Shown here: positions 49,201 through 60,100 of the stretch, piece by piece
How positions within the stretch are numbered: the first letter of the stretch is position 1
How the letters are laid out: each line of letters begins with the position of its first letter
Assembly (NCBI RefSeq): GCF_964204645.1
Contig: NC_134032.1
Coordinates: 12,016,275-12,080,274 of the forward strand
Length of the DNA stretch: 64,000 nt
Direction: 5' to 3'
DNA from: Tubulanus polymorphus
Taxonomy: Eukaryota > Animalia > Nemertea
Position numbers and translations under genes: made by a program
Notes under the pieces: generated by a model
Seen by the model: only the letters and a program-made list of their open reading frames with translations
Database searches by the model: none
What the model was told of the DNA's origin: nothing

Positions 49201-50410
49201 CCTGAGAGTGATGGAGTTTCTTTCTGCGGTTCTTCTCGGTGCTCTCCACCCCCGACAATTGATAATTTGAATGATGACAGCGACAGAGTCTCTTATGCTT
49301 TTCACCGCAGTTAATTGAGTTATAATCCTCATGTGGCAGCTGAGTTTCTTTATGTGGTTCTTCTCTCCCACCCTAACAATTTTTAGGTGGAATCCTGACG
49401 GAGTTTCTTTCCGGGAATCTTCAATTAGCACTCCACCCCTAGCAAATAATGGTTTAAATGCCAAGTATGCATTGCTTGTTTGATGATGTTTAGAAAATAG
49501 AGGATATTTCTTAATATTTCAGGTTATTTCGAGGCGGCGATGAGAACTGCTTTACATTTACGAGACTATGAAGACATCATGGAACCAGAAATCATGTATT
49601 CGCTTTTAGGTAAATTTGAATAAGTTGGAGTAATTGGTAAATGACCAGATCCATCAAATTGACTGTAAATGTTCAACAATTTGTTTCTAGGTTTATGCGC
49701 CGGGGCGAATCGCGCATTTGGTATATGTTCGAAAGCGTTTATCAAGCTTGAGTCTATCGACGATTTGAGCGCGGACCAGCGAGAAATCTATGAGGACCTC
49801 GCTCTAGAAATATTCACCAAGTAAGAATTTAAACTAAACTGCGGGGAAGGGGAGCTTAACTCTTTTAGCCGGTTATTGGGCGTTTTACCCTTTTGATTCA
49901 TTACTGGGGACATTCTTATTTCAAATATTTTATGATATGAAATTTAGTTCTTACAAATTGGTACATCATATGGGAAATAAACATCGATAAGACTCTAAAT
50001 AGATGATTTTAAAGGACACCTGAACGCTTTTCCAAAGAGCATAATATTTTTTCATTGATATGTAGAAAAACCTCCATATTGTTCATATTCTTTGGTAGAA
50101 ATTAAGTACGTGGCGATATAACCAGAGAAAACAAACTTTTGTAAGAATTCCGATCTGATTTTCTTTCAGACACAGCCCGAAGGATAGCCGTCAGATGAAA
50201 GTCGACTGCCCGAACTGCGACGCCCAGATGCCCGATTGGTCGTCGAACTGTCCGAATTGCGACACTAAATTCCCGCTGTGTATCGTGACCGGGCGCCCTC
50301 TATTGGACTATCAGTTCTGGATGTGTCCTCAGTGTAAACACCGCGCTTATGAGTCGGAAATAACAAACCGATTGCACTGCCCCCTATGTCATATTCAGGT
50401 TAATAGTTAA
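31257..50410 (+). CDS. WDR35: WD repeat-containing protein 35 (IFT121, IFT-A complex), ~20+ exons
   Basis: MFIYLSKK|[38 protein letters not shown]...[110 protein letters not shown], and C-terminal CPNC...CIVTGRP...CPQCKH...CPLCH*. Confidence 0.97.
35110..35480 (-). mobile_element. 3' remnant of a non-LTR retrotransposon (L2/CR1-clade ORF2 end); a similar, more decayed remnant ~44110-44225
   Basis: [10 protein letters not shown]...[21 protein letters not shown]...TLESLK matches the typical Y.P.R.LRS...G.RAF..A.P.LWN.LP C-terminus of these LINEs, followed by a 3' UTR-like tail. Confidence 0.7.
36346..37274 (+). pseudogene. Intronless class-A GPCR (FMRFamide/peptide-receptor-like) nested in a WDR35 intron; one frameshift at ~36793-36801 (pseudogene or sequencing error)
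   Basis: Frame 1: GAVGNVLS (TM1), YLAALAITD (TM2), [19 protein letters not shown] (TM3). Frame 2: [18 protein letters not shown] (TM6), [17 protein letters not shown] (TM7/H8). The 929-nt span is one base short of an intact ~309-aa ORF. Host intron 34581-37977. Confidence 0.85.
44312..45517. mobile_element. Non-autonomous hAT-like DNA transposon, 1206 bp, 6-bp TSD
   Basis: 14-bp perfect TIRs CAGGGCTGCCAACC/GGTTGGCAGCCCTG. TATCCT is duplicated at 44306-44311 and 45518-45523. Confidence 0.88.
47331..47532. mobile_element. ~200-bp hairpin MITE
   Basis: TCCCACAATAAATTCAGCCAAAAATGAA ... TTCATTTTTGGCTGAATTTATTGTGGGA, with ~90-bp imperfect arms and a ~20-nt spacer. Confidence 0.8.
48355..48400 (+). 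repeat. tRNA-derived SINE-like fragment; copy at ~28197-28240
   Basis: AGCTTAGTGAGTTCGAATCCCTT..CGGGTGA (B-box GAGTTCGAATCC) at both loci. No cloverleaf. Confidence 0.5.
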
Positions 50411-50938
50411 TTGATTCGAAACAACAAAAATGGCTGATTGTCTGGAAAAAATCCTTGAAAATGGTTTACTTCATCTTGATTTTCGATAACAGTCCCTGAC
50501 AGTTGTTTGCTATTACCTGATCGTTGGGGACAGCCTGTAACGGATTTTACGTCCCCTGATTGTCAGTAAAATTCCCTGAAAGGGGTTTGCTGCCCCCTGA
50601 CTATCAGCAAAAGTCTCTGAAAATCTTTAAATGTCCCCGATTGTTAGGAACAGTCTCTGAAAACCTAATTGTTACGGTCAGTAGGGCTGCACTTGCCATT
50701 ACGGCAAACTTAACTCATTGTTAAGAAAAAAGATTTATTATCAAATTGTTTTGAAAGATCTGATATTTTCCATTCCGTCCAGATGAACATATCCCACTTA
50801 CCACAGCTATTTTGTCGATATGATTTTCATTATATTATGATATCATTATTGTATTAATGTATTGTACTGTTGTCAGGTGAATAAAATGCAACTGATTCAT
50901 TTAGATATTGATAAAAAATTACGTTTTTGTTCACTTAA

Positions 50939-51340
50939 TGAATGATGAATGATTTTGCTGCTCACTGTGAACAGAGACTGCCTTTACCAATGCGAGAGGA
51001 GTGCTGCCTTATCTTGTGAGAGGAGTGTACTGTCCTTAACCCTTTACTGCTGTAACGTGGGGTTGGTTTACCACTGAGGAGGACCGATACCACGGTAAGA
51101 TAATTGGACCGCCAACCCCTTGCCGCTGCCAGAGAGGAGTCATTCAACAATTTATAAAGAGACTGGATTGACAATTTTACGAGCCATATCCTTTAAATCT
51201 TAGGTTCGATCTGGACACCCTATCTATCCTCTACTCAGATCACTCTGAATAATTAGAAATTATAATAGGTTCGAAGCTGGGGCTGCAATGGTTATCCGCT
51301 ATTCAGCCTCCAGGTCACGATCAGTAGACATAGTGGAAAT
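50939..51340 (-). repeat. Probable SINE/LINE-tail element ending in (CATT)n
   Basis: GC-richer ~400-bp block; the minus strand ends ...AAAATCATTCATCATTCATT. Confidence 0.35.
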
Positions 51341-51602
51341 TATGATCGTTGATAATGTTTATTTCGTCAAAGTTTTTACACTTGTATGACATTAATAATA
51401 AAGTGAACAAAATTATAAAGACTAATATGTGCAGTGTTTCAAATACATCTGTTATTTCAAAACATACTCAGCTTACTCATAATAAGTCAATTAGGCAGGG
51501 TAATCGTTTGTCTTACGTTAATGGTCCCGTTATGTGGACGACTGTTACATTACGGTATTTGATACCGGTTTGACGGGTTACATGGCGTAAAATTTCTGCG
51601 CT

Positions 51603-53566
51603 CCAGTCGTTTCTAAATAAGTTCAAATACGTTAGACAAATAATTACGTTGCCTAATTAACTAAATTACCAGTAATTTGAATATGTATTGAATTCAAAAA
51701 TGTGTTCGAGACGCTATATTCTTTCTCACTTCGGGAGTCCGGAGGTTTTGGCAATTTTCTCTGGGTTTTAAAGGGTTACGATTACGATTACGATTACGAT
51801 TTATTTACACTCCAACCATTTCCATGGTATATGGAGGAAAACTATTACACATTTATATACAAATATTTACAAAACAACACTGAAGTGATTAAAATTTAGA
51901 GAATGAAAACGTAACAAAATATATATACATCAACTATTTACAATACTATATATACTATTATATACATCAACTATTTACAATACTATATATACTATTGGAG
52001 GGATCTATATACATCTAAGCCGGTCTTAATGAATTTAGCTAAGTTGACCGTTGGTTTTTCAGAATTTCGATGCTCCACCCCCTCTTTTGGATTTTCACTG
52101 AACTAAAATCACAATGGATGCTTTGTGTAGATTCGCTTTTTATATTCATATCGTAAATACAGGTAGAAATGGTAAAAATGACTAGTTGTGCATATGTTCA
52201 GCATCAGCATGACTCAGAATTAGTATCGCTGGGCCGAACACGCCTGTACTGTTTATTCTCGGACAACTCTGAGTGTCAAAAGGTCGGGTTAGAACCTGGG
52301 ACAACCCTTATCATTCGATACGACATATACTACTCCACTAAATCACCATGAACTTATTGAACTGAACTGTGTTTGTAGTTGGGTTCTGTTTTAGTTTGAT
52401 CGGGTTCTTGGTTGATATTCGACTCGAAAGATGACTATAATGTGACTTCGTTAAAGAATCTTCAACAAAGTCAGTATTCACTCATCAAGAACTATTGAAC
52501 CAGGGCCAAGTTTTCAAATCAGGTCCACTGGAGAACCTATTTTCGACTACACTTTCACTGGTTTGAGAATTATAGATAAGAGTTTAACAAATTGCGGTAA
52601 AAATAATTCCTTTTCAGTAATTATTCACCGAACAACAGTCGAATTAAACCCATTGCCAAAATTGTCAGGTCTCGACCGTCAAGTCCTGCCGCTATGTATA
52701 TCAATAGCGGTAAATATGGGAACTAACTCGACCACACAGTATTTCTACTGTGGCATGCGAGTAATGAGTTAGTTCAGATATTCGCCGTCAACGATATGCA
52801 TAGGGGCAGCACTTGACGGTTAAGATTTTATAGGAACGATATTCTTACTGTGGCATGCGACGTGACATACATGTATTTCCAACTAAAAAATCAATAAAAA
52901 ACGCAATTTCTTTCGAAATGCGCAATTCAAGCGACGCTAATGTTTTATTCAATATAAATCAGTTTATTTTCAAAATGAACTTCAAGCTTCTTCTTGTAGA
53001 ACGCGTACGGTACGAAGGTCCCTGGTTTGAATTCTGCGCGGTCACATCCGAAGGTTTGAATCTAAAGTTGATAGTAACCTTGCGATCAGTATCTCACCAG
53101 CCGAATAAAAACATTTCATTGAATCGTTTTTTTTTGAGTGTCAGATGTTCTTCTGATGGAATTAACTTGAATTGACCAGGAAGCCAAGATATTGGAATAA
53201 CTCGATTTGGTAGAAGTAGAAATCTACAGTGTTTCAAATCAATCTCTGAATTAAAAACCTGTTCGAATTACTCGTAAACTAGCGGATAAGGTTAATAAGC
53301 TGTACGGGATACTGTCTGGAAAATTCTATGAATTCTTTACAAAGGATCTATTGTGATTTTAGTTCAGTGAAAATCCAACAGAGGGGGTAAAGCATCGAAA
53401 TGCCCTTTAGACCCCAGAGAAAATTACAAGAACCTCCCGAAATGAAAATATACAGTGTTTCAAAAACGTTAGTTAATTCGAAACATATTCAAATTACTCG
53501 TAAATTAATTAATTAGGCAACGTAATTATTTGTCTAACGTATTTGAACTTATTTAAAAACGACTGG
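51603..53566. mobile_element. Long-TIR non-autonomous DNA transposon, copy 1 (carries a retroposon-tail insertion ~51776-52050)
   Basis: CCAGTCGTTTCTAAATAAGTTCAAATACGTTAGACAAATAATTACGTTGCCTAATTAA... mirrored at ~53500-53566. The interior is collinear with copy 2. Confidence 0.85.
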
Positions 53567-53618
53567 TTTATTTTCTGATACCAGTTTGGCGAGTTTCTGG
53601 TGTGGAATATCTGTGATA

Positions 53619-55308
53619 CAGTCGTTTTTAACTAAGTTCAATAACGTTAGACAAATAATTACGTTGCCTAATTAACTAATTTACAAGTAATTTGAATACA
53701 TTTCGAATACGTAAATGAATTAAGAGCATTGTATACTTCGATTTCGGGAGGTTTTTGTGATACTGTTTGGGGTCTAAAGCATATATCGATGATGTACGCC
53801 CTCTGTCGGATTTTCACTGAACTAAAATCACAATAGATGCTTTGTGTAGATTTGGTATACATTTTCATATGGTAAATACAGGTAGAAAACGGTAAAAATG
53901 ATTAATTCAACGTCTGTTTAGCATCAGCACGACTCACAATCAGTATCACTGGGCCGAACACCTATATCTATTCTCTTATCACCTGAGTGTCGAAAGGTCG
54001 AGTTAGAACCTGGGGCAACCCTGGTTATCATCTATTCGATATCAGGACAAATATACTCCACTAGAAATCACCATACGAACTTATTGAACTGAACTGTGTA
54101 TGTAGTTGGGTTCTGTATTAGTTTGATCAGGTTCTTGCTTGATATTCGACTCTAAAGTTGACTATAATGTGACTTTGTTAAAGCATTCTTCAACAAAGTC
54201 AGTTCACCTTCACTCAATCATGAACTATTGAACCGGGGCCAAGTCTACAAATCAGGCCCACTGGAGAACTTATTTTCGACTATATGTTCACCGGTTTGAG
54301 AGTTAAAGATAAGAGTTTAACAACTTGCAGTAAAAGTTATTCATTTTCAGTAATCATTCACCGAGTAACAGTCGAATCAAGCCCATTGCCAAAATTGTCA
54401 GATCTCGACCGTCAAGTGCTGCCTCTTTGTATATCACTAGCGGTAAATATGGGAACTAACTCGACTGCACGGTATTTCTACTGTGGCATTCGAGTAATGA
54501 GCTAGTTCACATATTCGCCGTCAACGATATGCATAGGGGCAGCACTTGACGGTTAAGATTTTATAGGAACGGTATTCTTACTGTGGCATGCGACATGACA
54601 TACATGTATTTCCAACTAAAAAATCACAATAAAAAACGCCATTTAATTCGAAATGCACAATTCAAGCGACGCTAATGTTTCATTCAATGTAAATCAGTTT
54701 TTTTTCAAAATTAATTTCAAGCTTCTTCTTGTAGAACGCGTACAGTACGAAGGTCCCCGGGTTTGAATTCTGCGCGGTCACATCCGAAGAACCCTGGTTT
54801 GAATCTTTTGATAATAACCTTGTGATCAGTATCTCACCAGCCGAATAAAAAGATTTCATTGAATCGTTTTTTCTCGAGTGCCAGATGTTCTTCTGATGGA
54901 ATTGACTTGAATTGACCAGGAAGCCTAGATCACGGGATAACTGATTTGGTAGAAGTAAAAATCTACAGTGTTTCAAATAAATCTGTGAATCTAAAACCTG
55001 TTCGAATTACTCGTAAACTAGCTGATAAGGTAAATATACTGTACGGGATACTGTATGGAAATTTCTATAAATTCTTTACAAAGAATCTATTGTGATTTTT
55101 GTTCAGTGAAAATCCACCAGAGGGGGTAAAGCATCGAAATACCTTTTAGACCCCAGAGAAAATTACAAGAACCTCCCGAAATGAAAATATACAGTGTTTC
55201 AAAAACTTTGATGAATTCAAAACATATTCAAATTATTCGTAAGTTCGTTAATTAAGCAACGTAATTATTTGTCTGACGTTGTTGAAGTTTTTATATAGAA
55301 ACGACGTG
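53619..55308. mobile_element. Long-TIR non-autonomous DNA transposon, copy 2 (direct tandem with copy 1)
   Basis: TA-CAGTCGTTTTTAACTAAGTTCAATAACGTTAGACAAATAATTACGTTGCC ... GCAACGTAATTATTTGTCTGACGTT...AAACGACGTG. ~1.5 kb aligns by eye with 52080-53566. Confidence 0.85.
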
Positions 55309-56024
55309 TTTCAATGATTTTGAGTTAACGGGGTGGATTAGTGGGACAGTCGTTTCTATCCCAAGTGTCTGCCGGGCAGAAATTTCGTGAACTAATAATT
55401 GAATGGATGAGAAATAATGTGCACCATCTGGTGAAATTTCCTGTGCACTTGAATCCGAATTTAGATTAGCAATGGATCAAAACCACGACTTCCGTGTCAT
55501 CGTCCAGATCATTAAGAATCAGCAACAGCGTGCTGGTTTCGAACCTAGATTTATGCACTTTTCAGCATCTTCAGCCACGGCTCACCAGTATCAATAGACC
55601 GGACTCGAACATTGGACTTCCTTGGTAGTTCTATGCAGCAGGCGGAACATTATCAAGATATCTAATTGTCAAAACAATTCGAAAACCATAAAAAACCGTA
55701 ATATTATTCCGAATATTAGAAATAATATGTTGATCTTTATTTCATATTTTATATAGATCTATTATTTTAATAACAAACATTTAACAACCCGCGTATTAAT
55801 ACAGTCATATATACAATACAACAATGGAATATTGCAGACGCGCGTGAAATAGATCCCGGTTAACCCGTTTAGAATATTAAACGAGGCCAACGATCTCGAA
55901 TTCCCGGGTTAAACTTTGACGAGTTCCTGACCCATAAGTTGCTGCCCTGAAGTGAAAACAGCAATTCACTCCATTTTACAGTTCCAGTTATTTGATATGC
56001 AAATTAGGTCGATGACGTATTGCA

Positions 56025-57197
56025 CTACACCCACGACTGCGGGCTCTGTGACGTCATCGATTTCGAAAGTCGATTGTCGGAATTGCGGTGGAACTTGTAG
56101 GTGAAAACTTTTTTCATTTCTTTGCGAAAAAAGGCACCGGTTATCGAGTAGAGGAAGAAATTTATGCAATAGTTCACGTAGAAAATCGGCCTGACGATCA
56201 GCAGAGCGCCACTGACGACACCGTACGGAACTAAACGTTCGGCTTTTTCCAGCAGTCGATCGTCCATGCCTCGGTTCTGTTCGCGACTGAAAAACCACTG
56301 GTAAAACCAAACGATGAAATACGGCAAATTCAAAGTCACGAAACACGTCGAAATGGACAGCAAAATAACGGTGAATTCGATTCGAATTTTGTTCTCCGTT
56401 TTGCACATGCCGTTCATGCGCTGCGATCGATTGCGCAGGAAAAGTTTGCGCACGATCAACATGTTCAACACGAGTATGGTCAACAACGGCACGAGCGTTA
56501 TCAACAAACCGAAAATACTGTCCAAAATGAACGACAACAGTTGATATTCCCTGTTGCGCGTGCAGCGGAATGTATCCGGAAACACTTCGTAAACACCAGA
56601 CAGCGCCGGCTTGTACGAGCCCAAAGCCATCGCGAACAGCACTATGGCACCGATGATCCGCCGCGCGCTTGATATGGTGCAGATTTTCCGTCGTTTCAGC
56701 GGATGGCAGACGCCGATGTAGCGTTCACAGGTGAACATCACCAACAACCAGACGGACAAAAAACGCGACACGTACGATAAGTATAGAAAAACATGACACA
56801 CGCCGTTCACGTCAAAATACGGGATTCGAATCTCGCCGGGCAGCTCGGGCAATCCGCGTTTTACCCAATCGAACATAACCGACGTGACTAAAACGAGGAT
56901 ATCGGTCATAGATAAGGCCGCTAGGTAGTAACTGGCGCTTTGCTTGCGCATGTGTTTCGAGGTGAACACGTTTAAACTGATGCTGTTACCGATCAGTCCG
57001 ATGATTATTATAATCGGCGTCAAGTAGGCGAAGAACATCGTTCCGAACGTATACACGAACGGCGTCACGTTCGATTCCGTTGTACAGTTTAGATACGTTC
57101 CGTTGTCGCTAGGTTGCGTTGTGTTCGGGTTTAGACCCTGCAGCAAAATGGCTATACATTTGGCTTGGTTACCAGTACCGCCAGCACTCGACTCGCC
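56025..57197 (-). CDS. Class-A neuropeptide-receptor-like GPCR (FMRFamide/TRH/CNMamide-receptor-like); main coding exon, ATG on an upstream micro-exon
   Basis: GLIGNSIS (TM1), YYLAALSMTD (TM2), LSVWLLVMFTCERYIGVCHPL (TM3), CFVTLNLPY (TM6), YVNYCINFFLYSITGAFFR (TM7/H8). The frame stays open up to a phase-0 acceptor at 57198. Candidate first exons are ATGAAT|gtaagt (57555-57560) and ATGAAG|gtaggc (60165-60170). Confidence 0.92.
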   Translation of the reverse strand, partial: GESSAGGTGNQAKCIAILLQGLNPNTTQPSDNGTYLNCTTESNVTPFVYTFGTMFFAYLTPIIIIIGLIGNSISLNVFTSKHMRKQSASYYLAALSMTDILVLVTSVMFDWVKRGLPELPGEIRIPYFDVNGVCHVFLYLSYVSRFLSVWLLVMFTCERYIGVCHPLKRRKICTISSARRIIGAIVLFAMALGSYKPALSGVYEVFPDTFRCTRNREYQLLSFILDSIFGLLITLVPLLTILVLNMLIVRKLFLRNRSQRMNGMCKTENKIRIEFTVILLSISTCFVTLNLPYFIVWFYQWFFSREQNRGMDDRLLEKAERLVPYGVVSGALLIVRPIFYVNYCINFFLYSITGAFFRKEMKKVFTYKFHRNSDNRLSKSMTSQSPQSWV

Positions 57198-60100
57198 CTA
57201 AAAAATAAAGAAATGCAGATTTATTTCACATTTCTAAATGTTAATGACATTGTATTTTGAATGGAATCCCCGGTAGCGCATCTGTGGCAAGTGAGGATCC
57301 ACCAGGTAGGCGACATCAACTACTATCATGGCAATAGAGGATTCCACTTGTGGCAAGTGAGGATCCACCAGATGCGCTAGTGTGCAGTAGGACATCGACT
57401 ACTGCACTACTGCAGCAAAAGAGGATTCCATTTGCGTAAAGCGAGGATCCACCGAGTACGCCCGCCAGTAGCTTCATTTTAAAAAAGGAAATCGAATTTC
57501 GGATTAAAATCGACTTTAGACAAAAAAAAACTGGCCTTACTTTGACTTACTTACATTCATATGAACTTGCTTATATATTCATATGAATATGCTTATATAT
57601 ACCATATGAACAAAGCTCGACCATCCGGGATCCCATCCCCGGCGTTATTAGCTTTTAGGTCGTCAATCGATGGATCAGTTTTATTTTAAATGCCAAGAGT
57701 AAAACGATACATTCGTAGACCTATTCTTAGAGACACATTATCGGTAATGTAAAGGGAGGGAATATTACCGAGAAACCTTTCAAGAACCCCAAACAATCGC
57801 GCTGGAAACAAATCATAATGTCGACAAAAACCCAACCTACCGCACCGGAAAAAGATCAAATTGGTGTGTTCAGCACTTATCGGGGTTTTTTTATCATTCG
57901 ACATCTACTTTCCCTGAAAAGCTATTCAGTCCGAAAAGATTACCTCTTTTTGTCGTGGTCAAGAGTCGTTAAGTCGAACTAAAATAAGCTTTTCGACTGG
58001 TCTTTAAGTTATAATACGTGATTGTGTATTACTGGCCGATGAGTCCTCGCTCTCTGCCTCTCTCATTCTCTTCGGTCGTGGATAATTGCGTGCATAAGCG
58101 AATGATTTCGTTAGAAAATCCGCGCCTAATTTATTAGATTATTACGGCGCTCTGTCTTGATTATTAGATTAAATACGTCGCGCGCGATGGTCGAGACTTT
58201 TTTCAAAAGCGGGCATTTTGTAATAACGAGATAGCTTCTTACTGAATCTAATTGTGATACGCCAGATTTGGCACCGGTCTGAACTAGGCCGCATCAACTC
58301 TTTGTTGGCAAGTGAGGATCCACCAGGTTCGTTAATGTGCTGTAGGTCATCAACTGTGGTAATAAAGATTCCCCTTGTGGCAAGTGGGGACCCACCAGGT
58401 GCGCTAGTGTGCAGTAGGACATTAACTGCTGCGCCAATAGATGCCTCCACATGTGGCAAGTGAGTATCCACTAGGTGCGCAGTAGATCTAGCTATCTACC
58501 ACGCAAGAAAGATTTCCACCTGTTGCACGTATGAAGCGCAGCCATTGTAACCTCTACCATACTAGCACTTTCAAAATCACAATGAACGTGAAAATTAATG
58601 CGAATTTGGCAGCCCCATCGATCAAAGAAACAATCTCAAAGTTCTATTTTCTTCGTATTGCGCTGAATTTTGTAACCAATGATTTGGTATATTGTCTGCC
58701 TTTTTGCTATCCGTTTTTCCTGCTTACACGAAATCGGTTTTTTTCGGCGTTTTACTAGGACTATGGTAAAATATAAATCATATCGGTTTCTGCGCTTCGA
58801 TACCCTCGCATTTCTGTGATAACTTGGCAATGTTCGTAATATGATAAGCGAGATTCCCTTGTCATGGTTTTCAAACGACTCATGATGTTCGTTCGCGCAC
58901 TATTGTATATTAGTTTAGTTCCGCTTCCGTTTGTATTTTGTATCTGTCACGGATTTTCAATTTAGTAATGGTTTCCACGTGTACGTATTTGTCCTGTATT
59001 TGACCCTTGTCTAATGCGTTACATTCATTAACGCGGAATTGTCGTTAACCCACAGGATTTTTCATAATGTCGTTAACATTGACAACCTGGTTCGAAGAGG
59101 TTAGGCGCCGAACGCCCGACTGTTCCTGGTGTGAGCTGATAAAAAAATAACAAATCCCTTTTTCACAACGCGGATCTTCTGCCGGTTCAGTACTCTCGCG
59201 CCCCCTGGTGCGTCATTGTTGTCTGAAGGTCGGTGTAATTCGACGATACGGTTTTAAAGATCAATCTTAAGCTAACGATATCTTGGAATATTCTGATGAA
59301 TCAACAGTTCGTGATTCTATTCAGAAGTCTATTCCCGAATGTCTAATTCTGTGATTTATCTGCCATTTTCAAGACTTATTTTCGACCCAATTGCCCAGCC
59401 GATTCAGCCAACAATTCTATTCTGTTTGATGATGGGTTGTCTAGAATTTTATCGAGTGAAATACATACACAAATGAATTGCAGCGGACTGGTATTTCTAG
59501 ATGGTTCAGGTTCCTGAGATCCCCGCCGAGTGGATTGAGAAAAAAACTATGCCGGGTTCACTTAATCATCAATAAACTAGACGAAGAACTAGATTAAGGT
59601 AACACAGTTTCATCTGTGGCGCATTCACCCCATACCGCAACGTTTATCTTTATCTGAATGTTAAAATGATATTATTTTCACGATTCATAACATGCCGTAT
59701 GCAACTGTACACGTTTTAAAAACTCAATCCAGTACGCAAAATATTTCCCAATTTTATTCGAAACAATTTGCAAGGTATGGCCCCGTTCGACAGTTCCGGG
59801 TTGAAATCTGATTCGTTGAATATTTGATAATGAATCAATTCTAACTAAAGAGTTGATTGTGGATCAGGTTGTTAGACCAGCAGCCGTGATAAATAGTTAA
59901 ATATCTGAGTTCAGAAACTCAGATTTTCTTAAACTCTTCTTGAAAGAAAAAACTGAAAGGTTTCTGGGCGAGAAAGTGCATAGCTAAAAGGAACAAATTA
60001 TACATTGATTTGATATCGTCGAATGAACCAAAAAGATCTCTGAAATTGTTTATAAAAGTAAATGGAAGTGATAAGAATGTTTTAAAAACTCATGAAAACC

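Noticed and set aside
52995-53045. tRNA-like sequence (also ~54730-54780, 28197-28240, 48355-48400)
   Set aside because: Only B-box-like fragments; no acceptor stem or cloverleaf can be drawn.
52563-54505. Paired similar ORFs (52563-52772 and 54284-54505) as duplicated genes
   Set aside because: They lie within the two transposon copies, have no recognisable domain, and other interior frames differ by indels.
55533-55580. CTGAAGA...CGAAAC hammerhead-like core on the minus strand
   Set aside because: Stem II is not adjacent to GAAA, and stems I and III cannot be formed.
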